From contig CM097885.1 of the NCBI GenBank assembly GCA_044892525.1, positions 53,074,001 through 53,138,000 of the forward strand: DNA of 64,000 nt, written 5' to 3'. The notes under the pieces were generated by a model. The model saw only the letters and a program-made list of their open reading frames with translations, ran no database searches and was not told the DNA's origin. The position numbers and the translations under genes were made by a program. Origin of the DNA: Schmidtea polychroa. Its lineage: Eukaryota. The stretch's first letter is position 1. Every line of letters begins with the position of its first letter. Below, in pieces: positions 34,030 through 46,716 of the stretch.

Positions 34030-37000
34030 GTAATGATGCATGATTCTCTTGTAATTCAGCAGCTCTTTTTCTAATAATTTGTGTTCCAGGAATGTGTGGA
34101 ATATTACAAGTTTAGATCGAGAGAGGTGTTTTTTAGTTTTAAGATGACTTGCTTTATGGTGTGTTGTAACATCGCAATAACAAATTTCACATCTCCAATA
34201 ACATTTAGTAATCATTTTTAAAAAGTTTAAATTTAATTATAATAATTATCTTTTATTAACAATTTTTCTTTTCAATTTTCTTCATTTTTATTTTCTTTTC
34301 TTCAAGAATTAATTTATATATTTTTACTTTAAAATTAGAATCCTTTGTTATATGAAGAGTAACATCAACATTATTTATAGCTAATCTATCATCTTGATCT
34401 GAAACATATAATACTGAATATAAAATATAAATTTTTAAAATCTTCTAAACTTAATTGTGGTTTTATTTTGAAGTCTTGGCATGTTTGAATATAATTTTCA
34501 TATGGGAATATATTTTCATTGTTTTCTATATTAAACTCCATTCTATTTACTGGATAATAACTATTATTAAATTGAATTTGAATTGATTTTAAATTATCAT
34601 CTCCAATTTTTTGAATAAACAAGTTGTTAATTTTTTGAAAGGATGGATCTATTTCTTTGAATCCAATTAAAATATATCTTGGTCGATATGCTAAATTTGC
34701 AATCTTTATAGAGTATGTTGAACCCTCTCTCATATCAAATACACTACAGATTCTATTTAAATAATTTACATTTAGACATGTTGAAATTTAATCTTTCAAG
34801 AAGTTTAATTTCAGCGTGTTGATTTAATGTCCATTCAGGTATATGTAATTCAATCGTTGTTAATTTTAATTTACCTTTTGTATCTGCAGTTCCATAGAAT
34901 AATACTTTATCATCTTCTATTCTATTACAAAGTAATTCTATGAAAACATTATGGAGTATACAATTATAGTTTTGAAGGAATCCAAATAAATATTTTAATT
35001 CAAAATAACCTTCAAATATTTTAGACTTGTAAAGTTTAACATGTTTGTTATAACCATAATTTGTATCTAAATCATCTTTATCTGTATCACCTTTATTTAC
35101 ATCAGGGATCCAACCTGTTAATTCACCATATTCATTTTTGTAATCACAACCAGTCAAAACAAAATTTAACATTGAAGAATATATACCTGGATACAAAATA
35201 TTTTCAAATTCTGAGGTTCCTAATTTTAATCTCATGTTGGAAAAGAAATTTGGGAAGAAATTATTTTCTAGGATTATATCTTTGTTTGCTTCAATCTCTA
35301 ATTCAATTTTGTAATATAATTTTGCATTACAAATATCTATAAGGTTTGATGTTTGAAGAGATTGAAAAACTATATCACCTGAACGATTTAAATTTGAAAT
35401 GGAGCCAGAGGTTGGACAGATTTTAAGTACATCATTTTTCTTGATTTCATGAATAAACTGTTTATCATAATCAAGATTTAATTTATTTTTTTCTGAAATC
35501 TCGAGATTTATATTGTTCATTTTTATAATAAAAATTTCAATTTTCTATTTTTCTATTTTTCAATTTTTATATTTTTCTTTTATTGATAAAACTTGTTTTA
35601 TCAATAAAAGTTACTATTCATAATGTTACCCTTTAATTTTTAGAATTTTATAAATATAAAATTTTAAAAAATAACAAAATTCGAACCCTGATAGAGGCAG
35701 CGGTTCAAATCCGATGTCAAACTAATTTTTTTCATAAATATTTTTTTCATAATATTCTACTATTTTTAGTTTTTAAGTAGAATATTTTATTTTCTATGTT
35801 TAATAGGAAAAAGAAATTTTAAAAACAAGATTTCTGGCTCAGTCGGAATAGACTGGCACAGTGGTTCAAATAAATTGTGGTTCCCAACTGAAATTAATTT
35901 TTTTTCAACATAAAATAATATTAAAAATTTGAAAATAATATTGAAAATAAATATTAAAAATATATATAGTGTGGGTATCTTAGGGAAAAAATCTTGTATA
36001 TTTTATTTTTTTATTAATTAATTAATTTTTAAACATAAATGTGAAAAAAAAATTATTGGAACGGGGTGTGGTGGATCGATCCCCATTCAAGTCGACTTAT
36101 TTGTCTTTGGTTTCCTCTTTCGAATCTCTTTCAAATTTCATTTGTACTTTCGTTAATGCGTGTAAAACACCGTTGAGATCGACTTCGTGAGCGAGAAGTG
36201 ATAATAATACGCATTACAATTATTGAATTGATTCTGATGTATGAGTCTGGCCAACTTGTATGTTGGAAAAGATTCGATGAACGAAAGAGGTTGAAATGGA
36301 TAAATAAAAAAATGATCCGGATCAAGAAAAAAACTGCTGAGAGGACAGTGGCAAAAAAAAACAAATACCACTGTCCTCTCAGAGCAGTTTTACTGTTTCA
36401 TAAATTTTTTTTATTCTTTAAATTACAAGACATCATATATTTTTCAATTTTTATATTTTTCAATTTTTATATTTTACAATTTTTATATTTTTCAATATTT
36501 ATATTTTTTAATATTTATATTTTTCAATATTTATATTTTTTAATATTTATATTTTTCAATATTTTATGTTAAAGAGTAGTAGTATATAATGGGAACACCG
36601 GCTTACCCCCACCTATTTTAGAAATTACTAGATAAAAAAATTACTTAGAATTCAACAAATCTTTAGATTGAAGTTTCTATTAAACAAATATTTTGGGTAT
36701 CTATTTTTTTCAAAGCACCCCTCTTTATTAAAAAAAATATTTTTTCAATGTTTATAATTTAGGTATTTAAATTAGTAAATATTTTTTTCAGTATTAAAAA
36801 TCGTTAATTTCAAGATTTTTTAAATCAGTAAATACCTTAGATGGGTAGGGTGAGCCGGTGTTCCCATTATATACACTACTAATATAATTTTATATTCAAA
36901 AACTCATAAATTTATAATGCATTATTAAAATTTACTTTCAGTACAACTATTAATAATCATATCTAGTTTATATTCGTTTACCATATATTAAATTTAATTT

Positions 37001-39334
37001 ATTAAATTTAAACATGAAGCAGGCAGGGCTCAGAAAAATTGCAAGTCTGAATGGATCAGATTGAAATAAGATTGATTTTGAAAGGACTTTGATATAAACA
37101 TAAAACAATTAACTTATTTCCCTTCACTCAATACTCCTCTGATTTTCTATGTTTTTTATCAATAATTATTTACAATTGTTTATTTATTTTTTTGTTTCTT
37201 TTATTTTAATTGATTTTGTTTTATTTTGAAAATAATTTATTTCATTAAATAGTAATAAGGAATTTTTCGAATATTTCACATTATTTATTTCAATAATAAA
37301 GTAAGTAATATATAATTCAGGAAATATAAGAACTATCTTAGAAGATATATGAACTGATAAAAAATAAATTTCTAGTTTTATGAATGAGTATTGTTAATAA
37401 AAACATAAGTACTAGAAAGGTAAATATATATTTGAAAAATATGAAACTAATAATTTTTTAATGAAACAATCCCACGTAACAAAATGTACTGAAAACGTTA
37501 TTAAACCATGAAATAAAGTATTAAAAATTGAAATTTTATGTTTCCCATTGTAAGATTAACTTTATCAATTTTGTCAGTAGGTTTAAAAAGTAATAGAAAA
37601 AATTATTTTTGAAATTGAAATCTTTAAAATTCAAGTTTTTATAAAGTCACAGACTGAAGTAATCTAATTTCAATTTGTTTGCACCTTATGCATGGGCGTC
37701 CGCGGGAATTTTTTTTACCAAGTAGACGATTTTTCTAGGGGGGAAGAGAGTTGAAAAAAATGCATGTGTATAATAAATATTTGGGGCATTATGAATTATA
37801 GGACTTTTTTTCGTGTATTTACAAAATAGAACACTTTTATTCATTAATTTACAAAATAGAACAAATTTTTTTTATTCTAAATCATAAATATTACTTTTTG
37901 AAAAGAAACTGCAAACTTCTGTGACCTTGACCAAATTTATTGATCACTATGTCCATTATTTTTCGCTTTTTTTACTGTCATTGATTCTGTCACGATGAAC
38001 ACTCATCATGTAAAGTCCAGAAAGTCTATCTTCACACATCGTAACTTACTTGATAAAACCAGAACGTCAGTTAATATTCAAAGTTTGTATACAAATAAGA
38101 TGATTTGAAATCATTGATTTCCAGATATAATTAATAACATAAAACAGGAAGCCTCTCTAAATTAAATTTTTTTATTAATTTTTTTGTCTTGGGTTTTTCC
38201 AACTTTGTTTGAGCGCATATATTAAAAAGTGTTTAAATTAATCGAAAAACAGAATGGTTTGGGAAATCAAGGGGGTTATGTGCCCCCTCCTACCCTCCCC
38301 CTTACGGGCGCCAATGACCTTATGTGTTGCTAAAAATGCATATTACAGGAATGTCAACTAAATTTTTCATTAGTTCCTTTTTACCTCAACGAAATAGTTC
38401 AAGATCTATCCATTGAAACATTTAAAGAACGTTTTTTAAAATGAATAAGGATTTTAATAAAGATATTCAAGAAATCCTTTGGTGATATAAGGATAATAAA
38501 AATTGATCATAAGCCTAGTTTGTAAGATATTAAATGCGTTTAAATACATTTGATAAAAGCAGTACAAAACCTGCGATATAGTAGTCAGTTTCTGAGGTCT
38601 AAACCACAAGTTTTCTGGATCCGATTGGGTGTTTTACATGGCACTAGGTGGAACCAAATAACCTTGAAATTAGTACCATTAGAAATCTAATTGAATATCA
38701 TTTTAGAACTTTATTGAAAAAAGATTATTTTTTATAAAAATTCTTATTAAAACCGGAAATTTCACAATAAATCCCGTGGCCGGAGGTTGCTGCTTAAAAA
38801 ACAAGATCAAAATAGAGAAATGGCAACCGTGACTTGAATTCAACAAAATTGTTAAATAAAACAATAAAAAGAATTAATTTCTTCAAAAAACATTAAAACT
38901 TGAAATAAAATATCCCTTACCTGATAACCGTTAATAACGCTCCGATATACCCCATTATGGACGTAAGTTTTCAAGAATGAAATCTTCACCAAATCCAGAA
39001 TATATTTCGACAGAGTACTGACATTGAATACCACAATAAGATAACAAAGATTTAACCAAATGAGATATAGAAAGAGGCCAATTTGATAAATACGAATGAG
39101 ATAATAAATTTGAAAAACTGTTCCATAACTTCCAACGAACGATAAAATAAACAATAAAAAACACCATATGAAACATTGTAAGAAGACAACTGAAAATGAC
39201 TGGAAATCATTAATTAATGAATTCTGATAAGCTGATAATGTTAATATCGAGAATACTGCAGCTCCAATGCAAGTACAAAATGATGAAATGAATAGAAAAT
39301 ATCTTGGTCCAACTCCGATGGTTTTATCTAACAT
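26164..39334 (-). CDS. Tetraspanin, two exons (39334-38921; 26538-26164), ~262 aa
   Basis: Exon 1 has three hydrophobic helices and ends CAG|GTAAG; phase-0 join gives YQ|IRFQCCG; exon 2 has LPYSCC, GC and a fourth TM helix. Confidence 0.88.
28369..29777 (+). mobile_element. Tc1/IS630-family DNA transposon, full length
   Basis: ~78-bp perfect TIRs (CAGGGTTTCTCAAAAA..), TA on both sides, internal transposase. Confidence 0.95.
28604..29601 (+). pseudogene. Tc1/IS630 DDE transposase with two frameshifts (~29110, ~29290)
   Basis: N-terminal HTH and SGRPK, FVDEMG, IMDNATIH, FLPPYSPQLNPIEEVFS. Confidence 0.92.
30605..32105 (+). pseudogene. Protein-primed family B DNA polymerase pseudogene, internally deleted and MITE-interrupted
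   Basis: INIYE..HYVWIK..CERCL..H..C N-terminal region, IYGDFEAI (Exo I), YRG; C-terminal IFIRSKQHS, KGI, FIDCL, IKSDKH and DDKRY..IHTIPFG. Confidence 0.85.
31286..31687. mobile_element. hAT (Charlie-like) MITE
   Basis: CAGGGGT(C/T)TCAAAC TIRs, GCGGCCCGC subterminal repeats, perfect 8-bp TSD CCCTAAAT. Confidence 0.93.
32106..32825. mobile_element. Non-autonomous TTAA-specific (piggyBac-like) element
   Basis: TTAA|CCACTTG ... CAAGTGG|TTAA. Confidence 0.8.
32915..33499 (-). CDS. Polinton-associated predicted two-TM membrane protein
   Basis: Intact 194 aa: PTAP motif, helical region, hydrophobic hairpin, C-terminal KAMEDGVLTNDE. Confidence 0.65.
   Translation of the reverse strand: MEIKIYKMEVKEDKIYPELRYHIQSPTAPSELKVLRVKEFKSEKLHLEDLLKHYKKIKSRWNRADTCLKIAGCSLGFATTILTIILPATLPVLTLVPIILGSISAGDLFLTEVVSLSYTAKKKSLYRELCSSIDVGMVKLFLFHLKAMEDGVLTNDEILKSNKIIQDIKDEIIKIKNANQISRGYSKKMHERNG
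33943..34215 (-). pseudogene. Small C2H2 (matrin-like) zinc-finger ORF running into (TA)n
   Basis: CEICYCDVTTHHKASHLKTKKH. Confidence 0.55.
34389..35520 (-). pseudogene. Polinton major capsid protein pseudogene (second lineage)
   Basis: ORFs 34753-35520 and 34389-34733: LNRSGDIVF, ILENNFFPNFF, LKYLFGFLQNY, RPRYILIGF, FNNSYYP; broken by a stop or frameshift. Confidence 0.75.
36575..36880. mobile_element. ~300-bp foldback/MITE with AGTAGT..ACTACT ends
   Basis: GTATATAATGGGAACACCGGCT(T/C)ACCC inverted at both ends; no clear TSD. Confidence 0.65.
37691..38316 (-). mobile_element. hAT deletion derivative
   Basis: CATGGGCGTCCG / CGGGCGCCAATG ends, 8-bp TSD ACCTTATG, internal minus-strand MCEDRLSGLYMMSVHRD (hAT dimerisation domain). 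Confidence 0.88.
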
Positions 39335-39431
39335 TTTTTTATCGATTTCATTGAAATATATTTATTACAATTAATTAATTATTTTATATTATAATTTTTA
39401 TGTTTCAATGAAGGATTCTTTTATTCTACTT

Positions 39432-39826
39432 CAGTGTTGTCCAAATTTTTTTGAGCCAAGGCACACTTGGCTGATTTAAAAATTTTCGCGGCACACCTAA
39501 ATTTTTTTTGCTTTATTTGCAATTTTTTATTGCACTTTTACTAATCTTTTAATAAGAAATGAAAAACTTAATTACTTGAAATAAATTTAATGTAAAAAAT
39601 TTTAAATTTAGAAAAATTAGTGAATGAAAAATTCATAAAACATAGTTAATGAGATTTATGTGCTTGATGTTCCGAACAAATAAGTTCCAATCGTGGTGGA
39701 ATTTTTGACAAACTCTTAATTCTTGATCAATGTTAACCATACGTTCCCGCTTCTTTTATTTAATTTTTTTTAAAATTTCACGGCATGACTGGGCACCCGC
39801 CACAGCACACAGTTTGGACAACACTG
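39432..39826 (-). mobile_element. hAT (Charlie/Buster-like) deletion derivative ~100 bp upstream of the tetraspanin ATG
   Basis: CAGTGTTGTCCAAA TIRs, 8-bp TSD TTCTACTT, minus-strand transposase tail ..PPRLELICSEHQAHKSH*. Confidence 0.88.
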
Positions 39827-40249
39827 TTCTACTTACTTGACCCCGTCTAACCAGGTTTTTCGCCTTTTTTGCCCAAATAAAGGAAAACAAAATTAATACT
39901 AAGAGTCGAGTTCAATTTAAATATTTTTAATATATAATACATGAATAAAATATTTTTTATTCATTTTGGATAAGAATGGATAAATTCATACACATTTGGA
40001 CAAATTATCATTGTTTTAATTACTTATACAAGTACAAATTATTCAAATAATAAAATTAAGATTAAATATTTATATTAAATTTTCGTTTATGTTTTGCTAA
40101 TTCATTGAGTATGTCTTCTACATTTAAGTCAACTTCTTGGTGTGTGTTCAACAAAGCCAACCCATTTAATCGATTTTCGTCCATTGTGGAGCTCAAATAA
40201 GTTTTTAGCCTTCTCAAAGTTGAAAATGATTTTTCATTCTTCAGATTTC

Positions 40250-43200
40250 TTCATGCGAGAAATGTCACCAGAAATCAGAAGTATTCTAGCAGCCAGCAGC
40301 AACGCTGACGTAGAAACTCTGGCAGACATAGCGGGTAAAATTAACGAAGAAATTTATCTGACCCAAAATTACAATAAAAACAAACAAAATTACAACAGCC
40401 ATACAAACAACAAAAATAATGAAACAAACGAAATAACATATAAACTAATGCATACTCTGATCAGCAAGTTCGACGAAATCATAGACGAGAACCGACAAAT
40501 AAAAACGGAACTCGCTGAAATCAAAGAAAAAACAACTATCGGAACAAAAATACAGAAAGAGACTCAAGAAATAACTTTATAAACAAAGATTATTGTTATT
40601 TCCACAACAAATTTGGAGATAAAACATACAAATGCATAAAACCCTTCTAATATCATAAATTAGAGCAAGAAAACTAAAAATGTCACCATTGATAGCATTC
40701 ACATTTGGTGACAAAAATAATATATTCGTGATGCATGCAACAAAATACCTAAATATCGACACTGGTTCTGTTATATCAAAATACAAAAACTCGAAAACGC
40801 AGGAAACCCTCTAACTGCAACCAGCGGCACCAGTATAAAAACATTTGGCCAACAATCAGTCACTTCAACAATTAATTCGAAAACGTACAGCTGACCATTC
40901 AAAATAGCCGAAGTTCAACAATGAATAATCGGAGCCGACTTTTTGGCACATTACAACATAATAGTAGACTTCCTAAATAAGAAATTAATCGAAAATTACA
41001 CAACAAACAAAGAAACAGCCAAGACTACAGCAACAATCAATACAAAAGTAGATATTGGCGTGATTAAAAATGAGCACGCAAACACTGAAACAACCACAAC
41101 AATCGAATATGGTCCAGAAATAACCGCATTACTAAACAAATTTGACAAACTCAGTGAACCAGTAACTTTTGACGACAAAGTGGAACAATCTACTGAACAT
41201 GCAATCATAACCAATGGTAATCCAGTGCATGCAAAGGTCAGAAAACTAGATCCACAAAAAGCAAACATTATAAAAATTTTTCAAGAATTACTAGAAAATA
41301 AATTAGTTACACGCTTAAACTCACACTGGTCCTCAGCACTTATGCTCAAACAAAAGGTTAACGAGGAATGGAGAGCCTGTGGAGATTATAGAATGCTCAA
41401 CAAATCACTGAACCAGACAATTATTCACTGCCAATCATAAGATACAGAATTAATAGATTAAAAGGAGCCAAGGCCTTCTCAAAATAGACCTACAAAAGGC
41501 TTATCATCAAATCCCGATCAGAAAAGAAGATATTTTCGAATACAACAGAATGCATTTTGATTTGAGAAACGTAGTAACAACTTTTCAACGCTTCATGGAC
41601 CAAACTCTGAGAAACAATAAGAACACAATAGCATATCTGTACGGTATACTGATAGCTAGTCCAAGCAAATCTATCCATTTAAGAGACTAAAAAGACATTC
41701 GAAACATTGAACGCAGCAAACCTGAAAATCAATATCCAGAAATGCGAATTAAAAAAATTGAAATAAATTCTCTCGGGCATACTCTGGACGAAAAAGTCAC
41801 AAAGCCAATCGAAAAAAATTAAGCTCTATTCAAACAATTTAAGCTACCAAACACAAACAGAGAACTTAGACGATTGCTGGGGATAGTAAACTTTTACCAC
41901 GCTTATATACCAAATTGCAGTGGACTCTTAGCACCCCTAAACGACTTAATAAAAACAAAAAGAAACATCAAAATAAGCTGGACAGATGAAGCCATAAAAA
42001 CTTTGAAAAAGCAAAAACAAGCTTGTCCCAAGCTACATTGCTTGAATATCTCAATCCTGAATTAGAATACAATCTGTCAACAGGCTGTTCTGGTTTCGCA
42101 ATGGGCACAACACTGTATCAAGACAACGAATATGGTAAACACCCAATTGGGTTCTTCTCAAAGAAACTTAAAATACATCAAACAAGATTGGCAAAGTTTG
42201 ATCAATACTCCTCGCAATACACAAGGCGATAAAACACTTCCAACTCCTGGAACCATGAAATTTCAAAATCTTCACTGATCACAAGTCTCTGACAAATGTA
42301 ATCCAAATGAAAAATCCATCACCTAGACAAATAAAACAATTAAATTATATATCACAATTTAATTGCACAATGAACTGTATAGCAGGAGCAGCAAACATAT
42401 CGACAGACACATTATCAAGAACAGCAACTGATATAAACTCAATTAAATTCGACGAACTGATCGAAAAAGAAAAGATCAAAAACAAACAACAAGAAGCACT
42501 AAAAGAACTACCAACAAAACATAACCTAAAATTAGAAGAAATCAACGAATGCTGGTACGATGTCATTAATTAAAACACACCAAGAATACTCCTACCAAAG
42601 GAATTCAGAAACGGGTTTATTTCAAAAATACATGACATTAATCACCCAAAAAACTGTGCTACATACGAAATAATTCATAACAAATATATATGGCCAAATA
42701 TAAAGATTTCACTAAAACTTGCAAAAACTGCCAAATTAACAAAACAACAAAAAGCCCAGTAGTTGAAAAAGTGAATTTCACAAGTAGTCGTTACCCTCAA
42801 ACAACTAATACAAATACTTACTAACCGTCATCGACAGACAGACAAACTGGTTCGAAGTAATCCTATTAAAGGAAATATCAGCACAAAACATCTGTAACAA
42901 CATCAAGTTAAACTAGATAGCCCGATACGAAAAACCCAAAATAATGATAACAGATCGAGACAGCTCGAACCAGAACTATTCAACATGTTATGCAAAGAAT
43001 ATGAAATTAAACGAAATCGAACCACAGCTTACAATCCACATGCTAACGGAAAAATCGAAAAACTACACAGAACATTAAAGGAGAGCATCCAAACTAAAGC
43101 AAACGCAGAAATTGGTTTCCTCAACTTCCAACAATCTTACTAGGACTAAGAAACACATTGAATTCAATAGACAACGAAATTCCCACGTGCAAAGTTTACG

Positions 43201-43600
43201 GAAGGGCAACAAATCTAGCATCACTCAAAACAAACATGAAAAGAAACTGAGAAACAAAAAATCAAACAACAAAAGACATTGAAAACACAGAAAACAAACT
43301 GAAAGAAATTTTAAAATAGAGACCGGGCTCAGAAACTGATGGGAAAATAGTCCTAACCACAGATTACATCCTAATAAAAAATTCATTCACTAAAGGTTTC
43401 GAACCAAAATAAGAAGGCAATTTCAAACTCCTGGAAATCAACAAAAACGTGGCCACAGTAATCAAAAACCACAACAAAATGAAAATAAATATCAGACGAG
43501 TAAAACCCTACCACCAGAATCAAACCCCTCTCAAGAGAATCCCCCAAAAGGCAAAACACAAACTCAAATCCAAACAAAAACACAGACAAACCACAAACGC
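40250..43600 (+). mobile_element. Heavily decayed A-rich Ty3/Gypsy element
   Basis: Gag tail LADIA, protease IDTGS and IIGADFL, RT WRACGDYRMLN and LGIVNFY, RNase H PIGFFSKKL and FTDHK, integrase YNPHANGKIE; many stops. Confidence 0.85.
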
Positions 43601-43893
43601 ATCACATTCAACCATAAAAACACAATAAAACCATTCGACAAAAACACAATAATTACACCCCTACACAATAAATGATACAGCGACTGCTTCAAATAAATAC
43701 ACAAACATTGCTAGTTGTACAATTTTTATATTTTTCTATGTCAAGCTGTTAACTTCCGGGTATAAAACGGGAAATTGTGTAGTATGTTGTTAATTTTATT
43801 ATTATTGTCATTCTTGTTATTATTATTTACCTTTTAAATAAATAAAATAAAATTATATAGTTTAATTCTCTATAGTAAATTATTACTATAGAG

Positions 43894-44020
43894 CAGGGTT
43901 CCCAACCTTTTCATCGTACCATACCTGTATGTTGTAAAAGATTTGATAGCGTACCGGTAAACCTAATTTTTTTAATGGGGTATAAAATGAAATGGAAATT
44001 TGTAATAAGTCAAGTAACTT

Positions 44021-44114
<94 letters not shown>

Positions 44115-44508
44115 CTGCTAAACATATAAATAAAATATAATTATGACTTAAAATATAGTTAGTGAAGTTGGGCCTATTTATTATTAACTAAAGAAGAAAT
44201 ATCAATGTATATCAGTTTAAGGCAAAGATCCAATAACAATGTCCAGCAGAGCTCTATACTTGGTTTTCATCGCAGTCATTGCAGAAAATCCTGTTTCACT
44301 TAAATATGTTTTCGCAAATGGGATTAAAAATTTTAGAAAATTAGAAATTGTAAAATATTAAAATGTATAGGTTATTGCAGTCATTTTTATTGTCGCAAAA
44401 CAGATTTTTGATAGATTTTTGTTTTATGTATAGTAAAGTAATTCGCGTACTGGTAGCTGCTTGCCCGTGTACCGGTACTGGTACGCATACCTAAGGTTGG
44501 AATCCCTG
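43894..44508. mobile_element. hAT MITE containing (TA)n
   Basis: CAGGGTTCCCAACCT / AGGTTGGAATCCCTG TIRs and 8-bp TSD CTATAGAG. Confidence 0.9.
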
Positions 44509-46716
44509 CTATAGAGAATTTCAAAAATAAAAAAATCAATTTATTTATTAATATATTATTGCAGTGGCGTAACAACGGCTAGGCATTGCAATTGGGTCAG
44601 CTGCCACGGGTGCTGGCCCACGCCAGTTGAAGGGCGTCGCTAAATCTCTAATTTTTAAATTTTTATTTAAATAGATATTTCATTTTTGTCCTCGATAACA
44701 AAAAAGCTAATAATTAAATGAATTATATTTAAATATATTTCATTTAAACCATTATAATATGACTTTGAAGATCTAAGATAGTGAGTCAACCTGATCCCTA
44801 CCTCCCACTGGTTTTACCAATGTTGAAGTTCTCTTAATGATTCCTATATAAATAAGAACACAAACACTGGTTCAATAAAATTTATTTGATTATAAAAATT
44901 ACAAATTATATAAAATAAACAATCACCTCAAAAAATAATTAGTGTGTTTATACTTATGTATATATGGTATGTATGTGTATGTGTATGTGAATGCTTGAAG
45001 ATTCGTGAGCTCGGATGTGTAAATATGTATGCCCTAAATTATATTGCAATATCAATTTCTGAATTTGCAATTCTTCTTAGAAGCTTTTATTTTTTGGGTG
45101 GTTTGACTTTAAATAAAATTGTAAATGGGTTTATTTTTTAATATAAGATATCAACAAGAACCAATAAAAATAAAATATATAATTACAGCTTAATGACATA
45201 AATAAATAAGTTGATTAATCACATCCAAATTGTTAATTATCAAATATAAGTTATTATCACAATATAATAATATTTATCCCATTAATCACATAGATTTTAT
45301 TGATTTTGCTCACATGTATATTTATTCTGTATTTATTTCCTATTATATAATGTTTAAATTTTAAAATCTTCAATGTTCGTCCATCTTCTAACACCAATAT
45401 AGGAAGATACTTCCTGTTAGTTCAAATATAATTGTTTTTTTAAAAAACAATATATTGTTGAAAATATTATTTAAAAACATTTTAATTTATCAGACATATT
45501 CGATTTTGGTACTTCAACTGTTTTTCTTATTGTTTAAATAAAAGTGTTATACATTTATTATTGTTAGCACACAAAATTACCCTAACAGTCTCGATACAAT
45601 TTTTAAAGGTGACGCTGCTTGGTACTATAGATTTCTACATTACACATAGCAATTATTAAACATAAAGAAAGCGTGGTTTTTACATACGTTCACAATTACA
45701 AAATCAATAACTGATAAAATCAGAGAATTGGCAGCTATGGAACAAGAAGATGATGAAAGCTTTGCAGCTTTTGAGATACGTATAAGGAAAGTTTTTTCTG
45801 AAGTTGTATATTCAGGACGATCAGAAGACGATATTGTTCAAGACCTCGTCACAAATAAAGCACGCGATGCGAGACTGCGGGAGATAATATTGACGAAACC
45901 AGAAACAAAAATTGAAGAAACGAGATCATTGGCGAAAATCTTTGAAAGTAACAAAAATGAAAACAATAAAACTGAATTTATTAAACCAAACGGTCAAAGA
46001 ACGTATGCTAGCGTGACTGAGGAGGGCAGATGAGAATTCAAAAGAATACTCAAAATGCCATGCCTACGTCAGCATAAAGAAGACTATCGAAAGATTCATT
46101 TAGTCACCACAGATTAAGAAGAGACGAAAATTCTATACGCGGGCCAATACAATACGAAGGAAATAACCATGGTCGTCGAAAAGAATCTCCAAGAGAACAT
46201 TTCTTTAGAAATGCGAGAATTCCGAATAGCTCAGAAAGAAAGCTGCCAACATTATTCATGAAGAATATAGCAAGGAGACTGTACAACGAAAGTAGAGGAC
46301 TACCAAAAGCATCGGTCCCAAAATTAACGGTAGGTGATTTCTTTTGCTGTGCCAAAATGGAACACAGAAAATATGAGTGTCCACTGGGTAATAAATGTCT
46401 GATATGTGGCAAGAAAGGACATGGGTTTCGAGATTGTTTTCGTTAAGGAAAGAGGTTCCACACCGATATCAAAGAATAGCGTGCATAGAAGAAGAAGATT
46501 CAAAATCTCAAAGAAGAGATTACACCGAGAACCGCCAGGATTTCAGAATGGCTCACAGCGATATGGAAGATAGATACAATGTCCCTGAAAAATATAAGAT
46601 ATTGAGAGAAGACGGAAAAAACATCAGCGACTCCATGGGTTTCATTTCGTCGGTGGAGTCAAGACAATAAATTGTGAAATAAGAAATGAACGACGAAGAG
46701 ACGAGGCAGATGGGAG

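Larger units (their letters stand above)
30590..35520. mobile_element. Second, decayed Polinton of a different lineage inside the tetraspanin intron
   Basis: pPolB fragments on plus converge on MCP, zinc-finger and membrane ORFs on minus; termini not identified. Confidence 0.8.
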
